Below, in pieces: positions 60,473 to 64,000 of a stretch of 64,000 nucleotides of DNA; the first letter of the stretch is position 1; every line of letters starts with the position of its first letter. The stretch covers positions 3,194 through 67,193 of the forward strand of contig CAZTBX010000099.1 in the NCBI GenBank assembly GCA_964612035.1, read 5' to 3'. This stretch comes from an uncultured Planctomycetia bacterium (GTDB taxonomy: Bacteria > Omnitrophota > Gorgyraeia > 2-02-FULL-51-18). The position numbers and the translations under genes are program-made. Below the pieces are notes generated by a model. It did no database searches. It saw only the letters and a list, made by a program, of their open reading frames with translations, and had not been told where the DNA came from.

Positions 60473-61181
60473 AACCAAGGCACTGAAAAAGTCTTACAAC
60501 GGCCGCGCCGTCGTGAACGGTGTGGATATTTCTATCAATCCCGGTGAAATAGTGGGACTTCTGGGCCCGAACGGCGCTGGCAAGACCACCACCTTTTACA
60601 TGGTGACCGGCGTTATTCGTCCGGACAGCGGCAGCATTGTGTTTGACAAGCGCAACGTGACGCAGTACCCGATGCACAAGCGCGCGCGCCTCGGCATCGG
60701 CTATCTTTCGCAGGAACCCTCGATTTTCAGAAAACTCACCGTCGAGGAAAATATCATGGCCATTCTCGAGACGCTGGACCTGCCGCTGTTTGAGAGGAAA
60801 AAAAGGCTGGAGGAGCTCTTGAGCGAGCTCGAGATCAAGCATCTGCGCAAGTCCAGGGCTTTCACGCTCTCGGGCGGCGAACGGAGACGCCTCGAGATCA
60901 CGCGTGCCCTCGTGACGCATCCCTTGTGCATACTGCTCGACGAGCCCTTTTCCGGCATAGACCCCATCGCCGTGTCCGATTGCCAGCACCTGATACAAGA
61001 GCTGAAGAGCAAAGGGCTTGCGATCCTCCTCACCGATCACAATGTCCGTGAGACACTCGCCATCACCGACCGCGCCTATATCATGTTCGAGGGTAAAATT
61101 CTCATTTCCGGGACCAAAGACGAGCTTTTGACCAACAAGGAGGCTCGCAAGATCTATCTCGGCGAAAAGTTCAAGATGTAG
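60459..61181 (+). CDS. lptB: LPS export ABC transporter ATP-binding protein LptB
   Basis: [43 protein letters not shown]. Confidence 0.9.
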   Translation: MSLLETKALKKSYNGRAVVNGVDISINPGEIVGLLGPNGAGKTTTFYMVTGVIRPDSGSIVFDKRNVTQYPMHKRARLGIGYLSQEPSIFRKLTVEENIMAILETLDLPLFERKKRLEELLSELEIKHLRKSRAFTLSGGERRRLEITRALVTHPLCILLDEPFSGIDPIAVSDCQHLIQELKSKGLAILLTDHNVRETLAITDRAYIMFEGKILISGTKDELLTNKEARKIYLGEKFKM

Positions 61182-61261
61182 GTCCTCGAAGTTTACCCTG
61201 CACGGCAATTGTGGTAACATATTTCTTTTGAGTAACTAACAGCGAAAGGGACTTTTTTGTC

Positions 61262-61558
61262 ATGGTCGTGGATATCGCAGGGCGGCATTTTCACGTGTCG
61301 GAACCGCTGAAGGAGTATGTGCGGGGGAAGATGCTGAAACTCGACAAATACTCCCTGAAGCTCGAGGCTGCGCATGTGGTGCTGGAGGTGCAGAAGTTCC
61401 ATCATGTGTGCGAGATCACGACGCTGGGTAAAAACCTGCGCTTCACGGCCAAGGAAGAGGCGAGCGACATGTACGCCGCTTTTGATAACTGCCTTGGCAA
61501 CATGCAGTTACAGCTTGGGCGCCAACACGAACGCGTAAAGGACCACCGGAAAAAATGA
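61262..61558 (+). CDS. hpf: Ribosome hibernation promoting factor (short HPF/RaiA form)
   Basis: 98 aa, VDIAGRHFHVSEPLKEYVRGKMLKLDKY. It sits downstream of lptB as in many genomes, but with no rpoN between them. Confidence 0.8.
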   Translation: MVVDIAGRHFHVSEPLKEYVRGKMLKLDKYSLKLEAAHVVLEVQKFHHVCEITTLGKNLRFTAKEEASDMYAAFDNCLGNMQLQLGRQHERVKDHRKK

Positions 61559-62793
61559 AAGCCAGTTTAAAAAAACTCAAAGACTGCCGCATGAAGCTTT
61601 TCGTCGAGGTCGAGGCCGACCTCGTCGAGCACCGCTTCCAGGAAGTCCTGCGCGGTTTCCAGCGCGCCGCGCGCCTGCCCGGTTTCCGCGAAGGCAAGGC
61701 CCCGTTCGAGCTCATCGAAAAGAAATATTCCGAAGAGGCCAAAGAGGAAGTGCTGAAATCGCTGATCCCCGAGGCGTATCACCAATCGGTGCGCACGCAG
61801 AAAGTTTCGCCGGTCTCGATGCCGTCCATCGCCGAGATCCGCTTTGAGCGGAACAAGAAGCTGACTTTCACGGCCGAGTTCGACCAGTCACCGGAAGTCC
61901 CCATCAAAAATTACAAAGGCGTGAAGCTCGAGAGAGCGTCCACCGAAGTCACCGACGCCGACGCGGAAAAGGCCGTCGGCTCGCTTCTGGACTCACGGGC
62001 CGCTTTCGTGCCTGTCGAAGAAGCCAGGCCCGTGCGCGAGGGAGACTTCGTGGCCGCGGATATCGACCTCTGGCTTGACGGCGCCTATGCGCCGGGACAG
62101 AAAGGCGTTCTGCTTTCCGTTCAGCGCGCGGACAAAGACGATTTTTACGAGAAAGCGCTGGGCGCCGGGATCGGAGAGGCCCGCGAGGTGCAGCTCAAGC
62201 CCGAAGGAAAACCTTTTGCCAAGGTCTGGATCCGTGCGATCAAGGAAAAAAAACAGCCACCGCTTGATGAGGAATTCGCAAAGTCTTTCGGCAAGGACAC
62301 CGTCGAAGCGCTGCGCGAGGCCGTGCGCAAAGATGTTGCGTCTTACAAACGCTCGGACTCCATGGAAAAAATGAAAAAGCAGCTTTTCAGTAAGCTTCTA
62401 TCATCGGTGTCTTTTGTGGCGCCCGACTCTCTGATCCAAAAACAGAAACAGCGGCTCATGGAGCAGATGAAGCAGCAGTTTTCCCGTGCCGGTGCGTCCG
62501 AGACGGAGGCCGCTAAAGAAATGGCCGCGGCGGAGACTGAGATCGCCCTGCGTGCCGCCGAACAGGTGAAGCTTTATTTCATTTTGCAGAAGATAGCGGA
62601 GATCGAGCATGTCGAGGCGGATGAGCTTGAGCTTGAACGCCGGCTCCAGACGCTGGCGGCACAGTCCAAGCGCCCGATCGACGAAGTGCGAAATACGTTC
62701 GAGGAAGACCTGCGCGATTCTCTGCGCGAGACCAAGACCGTGGATTTTTTGATCGCCAACGCGAAATTTGAAGAAATGAAAACTAGCGTATAG
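61555..62793 (+). CDS. tig: Trigger factor
   Basis: 412 aa with an N-terminal ribosome-binding domain (GFREGKAP), a PPIase-like middle and a C-terminal arm. It is followed by clpP. Confidence 0.85.
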   Translation: MKASLKKLKDCRMKLFVEVEADLVEHRFQEVLRGFQRAARLPGFREGKAPFELIEKKYSEEAKEEVLKSLIPEAYHQSVRTQKVSPVSMPSIAEIRFERNKKLTFTAEFDQSPEVPIKNYKGVKLERASTEVTDADAEKAVGSLLDSRAAFVPVEEARPVREGDFVAADIDLWLDGAYAPGQKGVLLSVQRADKDDFYEKALGAGIGEAREVQLKPEGKPFAKVWIRAIKEKKQPPLDEEFAKSFGKDTVEALREAVRKDVASYKRSDSMEKMKKQLFSKLLSSVSFVAPDSLIQKQKQRLMEQMKQQFSRAGASETEAAKEMAAAETEIALRAAEQVKLYFILQKIAEIEHVEADELELERRLQTLAAQSKRPIDEVRNTFEEDLRDSLRETKTVDFLIANAKFEEMKTSV

Positions 62794-62874
62794 CGGATAG
62801 CGTAGAGCGGATAGGATGTCATTTCTATACGCTAAACGCTATACGCTCCACGCTCATAAATAAAGGATAATCCC

Positions 62875-63477
62875 ATGAGCATACTCATTCCAATGGTCAT
62901 CGAACAAACGGGCCGCACCGAGAGGGCTTATGATATTTACTCGCGGCTTTTGAAAGACCGCGTGATGTTCATTGGCACGCCGATAGACGACAATGTCGCG
63001 AATCTTATTGTCGCGCAGCTTTTGTTCCTACAGATGGAAGACCCGGAAAAAGACATACACCTTTATGTCAACTCACCGGGCGGCTCGATCACGTCTGGCC
63101 TTGCGATCTACGACACGATGCAGTTCCTAAAGCCGGATGTGTGCACCTACTGCGTGGGGCAGGCCGCGAGCATGGGGGCCGTGCTGCTCGCCGCGGGCAC
63201 GAAGGGCAAACGCTACGCGCTACCCAACTCCCGCATGATGATACACCAGCCGTGGGGAGGCGTTCAGGGCGTCGCCGCGGACATCAGCATACAGGCCAAG
63301 GAGATCCTGAGCCTCAAGGAACGCCTGAACAACATCCTCGCCAAGCACACCGGCCAGGACGTCGCGAAGATCGAAAAGGACACCGACAGGGATTATTTCA
63401 TGTCCGCGGAAGAGGCGCGCGCCTACGGACTCGTCGATGAGGTGGTCACCAAGGTCCACTCCATCAAAAAAACATGA
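62875..63477 (+). CDS. clpP: ATP-dependent Clp protease proteolytic subunit
   Basis: Catalytic triad context ([16 protein letters not shown]). 200 aa. Confidence 0.95.
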   Translation: MSILIPMVIEQTGRTERAYDIYSRLLKDRVMFIGTPIDDNVANLIVAQLLFLQMEDPEKDIHLYVNSPGGSITSGLAIYDTMQFLKPDVCTYCVGQAASMGAVLLAAGTKGKRYALPNSRMMIHQPWGGVQGVAADISIQAKEILSLKERLNNILAKHTGQDVAKIEKDTDRDYFMSAEEARAYGLVDEVVTKVHSIKKT

Positions 63478-64000
63478 GCGAGTACCTGCTTCTCACGCCG
63501 GGACCCACGAACGTCCCGCGGCGTGTGCTCGAAAAGACCGCGCTGCCGATGATCCATCATCGGACCAAGGAATTTCAGGGCATTCTCGAGCGCGTGAATG
63601 CGAACCTGCAGAAGGTTTTTTTCACGCAACACCCGGTGGTGACCTTCGCGTCTTCGGGCACCGGCGCCATGGAGGCGTCGATCTCGAATCTACTGGCGCG
63701 AGGCGACACCGTGCTTTCTTTTTCCGCCGGTAAGTGGGGCGAGCGCTACCGCGACATCGCACGCAATTTTGGTCTCGACGTGAAAAGCCATGAGACCGAA
63801 TACGGCCGTGCCGTGGCGCCGGAAGAGGTTCGCGTCGCGCTGCAAAAACATCCGGGTGCCAGGGCCGTTCTCGTGACGCATTGCGAAACTTCGACGGCGG
63901 TGACGCATCCTATCGAGGCGATCGCGAAAGTCACACGCGGCACGAACGCGCTGCTCATGGTGGATGCCGTCAGCGGCCTTCTCTGCGATGAGTTCAAAAT
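63474..64000 (+). CDS. Class V aminotransferase (serine--glyoxylate/phosphoserine aminotransferase-like), 5' fragment running off the window
   Basis: [20 protein letters not shown]...[14 protein letters not shown] at 63474 overlaps the clpP stop. There is no stop before the window end, so it is absent from the ORF track. Confidence 0.6.
   Translation, partial: MSEYLLLTPGPTNVPRRVLEKTALPMIHHRTKEFQGILERVNANLQKVFFTQHPVVTFASSGTGAMEASISNLLARGDTVLSFSAGKWGERYRDIARNFGLDVKSHETEYGRAVAPEEVRVALQKHPGARAVLVTHCETSTAVTHPIEAIAKVTRGTNALLMVDAVSGLLCDEFK

Noticed and set aside
61190-61225. Sigma54 promoter upstream of hpf.
   Set aside because: cTGCACGgcaaTTGTg departs from TGGCAC-N5-TTGCW at both key dinucleotides (GG at -24, GC at -12). 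It is mentioned only as a weak candidate.

Overview
This 64 kb window is high-GC and gene-dense, from a diderm bacterium, with no rRNA, tRNA or CRISPR. LPS and outer-membrane genes are present: lnt, lolCDE, mlaEFD, waaA, lpxK, kdsABCD, lptBC. Every confident gene is on the + strand except one. Gene order from start to end: secA (3' end), lnt, a ~2.3 kb AT-rich accessory island, lysS, lolC/E-lolD, ilvE, mcsA-mcsB-clpC, an AsmA-like protein, mlaEFD, yacL-like, ispD-ispF, cysE-cysS, tmk, holB, metG, a cysteine desulfurase, tatD, a CPBP protease, thiL, tsaE-tsaB, alr, ilvBNC-leuA, aroE-pilD-aroC-aroK, dprA, a ThiS-like domain fused in frame to topA, xerC, then a long LPS-core/Kdo cluster, then hpf, tig, clpP and a truncated class V aminotransferase. 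The LPS cluster is waaA, lpxK, an LpxL-like/ELM1-like fusion, a GT4-GT9 fusion, a NodB deacetylase, GT9, a tandem GT9-GT9, DUF3108, the hldE kinase domain, kdsB, pyrG, kdsA, kdsD, kdsC, lptC and lptB. The most unusual region is the island at ~2437-4741 between lnt and the lysS promoter. It is bounded by ~56 bp imperfect terminal inverted repeats with a third degenerate copy inside, and it encodes no transposase or integrase. It carries a BrnT/BrnA toxin-antitoxin pair, an orphan XRE-type antitoxin-like regulator, an iteron-like repeat array enclosing a perfect 29 bp inverted-repeat pair, and the only minus-strand gene, an ORF6N/KilA-N domain protein. Its two + strand modules each have the same TTGAAA-N16/17-TATACT promoter placed just downstream of a repeat copy. 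The second notable observation is the in-frame ThiS-like domain joined to TopA by a GGG-APAH junction. All calls come from reading the translations and DNA by eye; no database search was possible.
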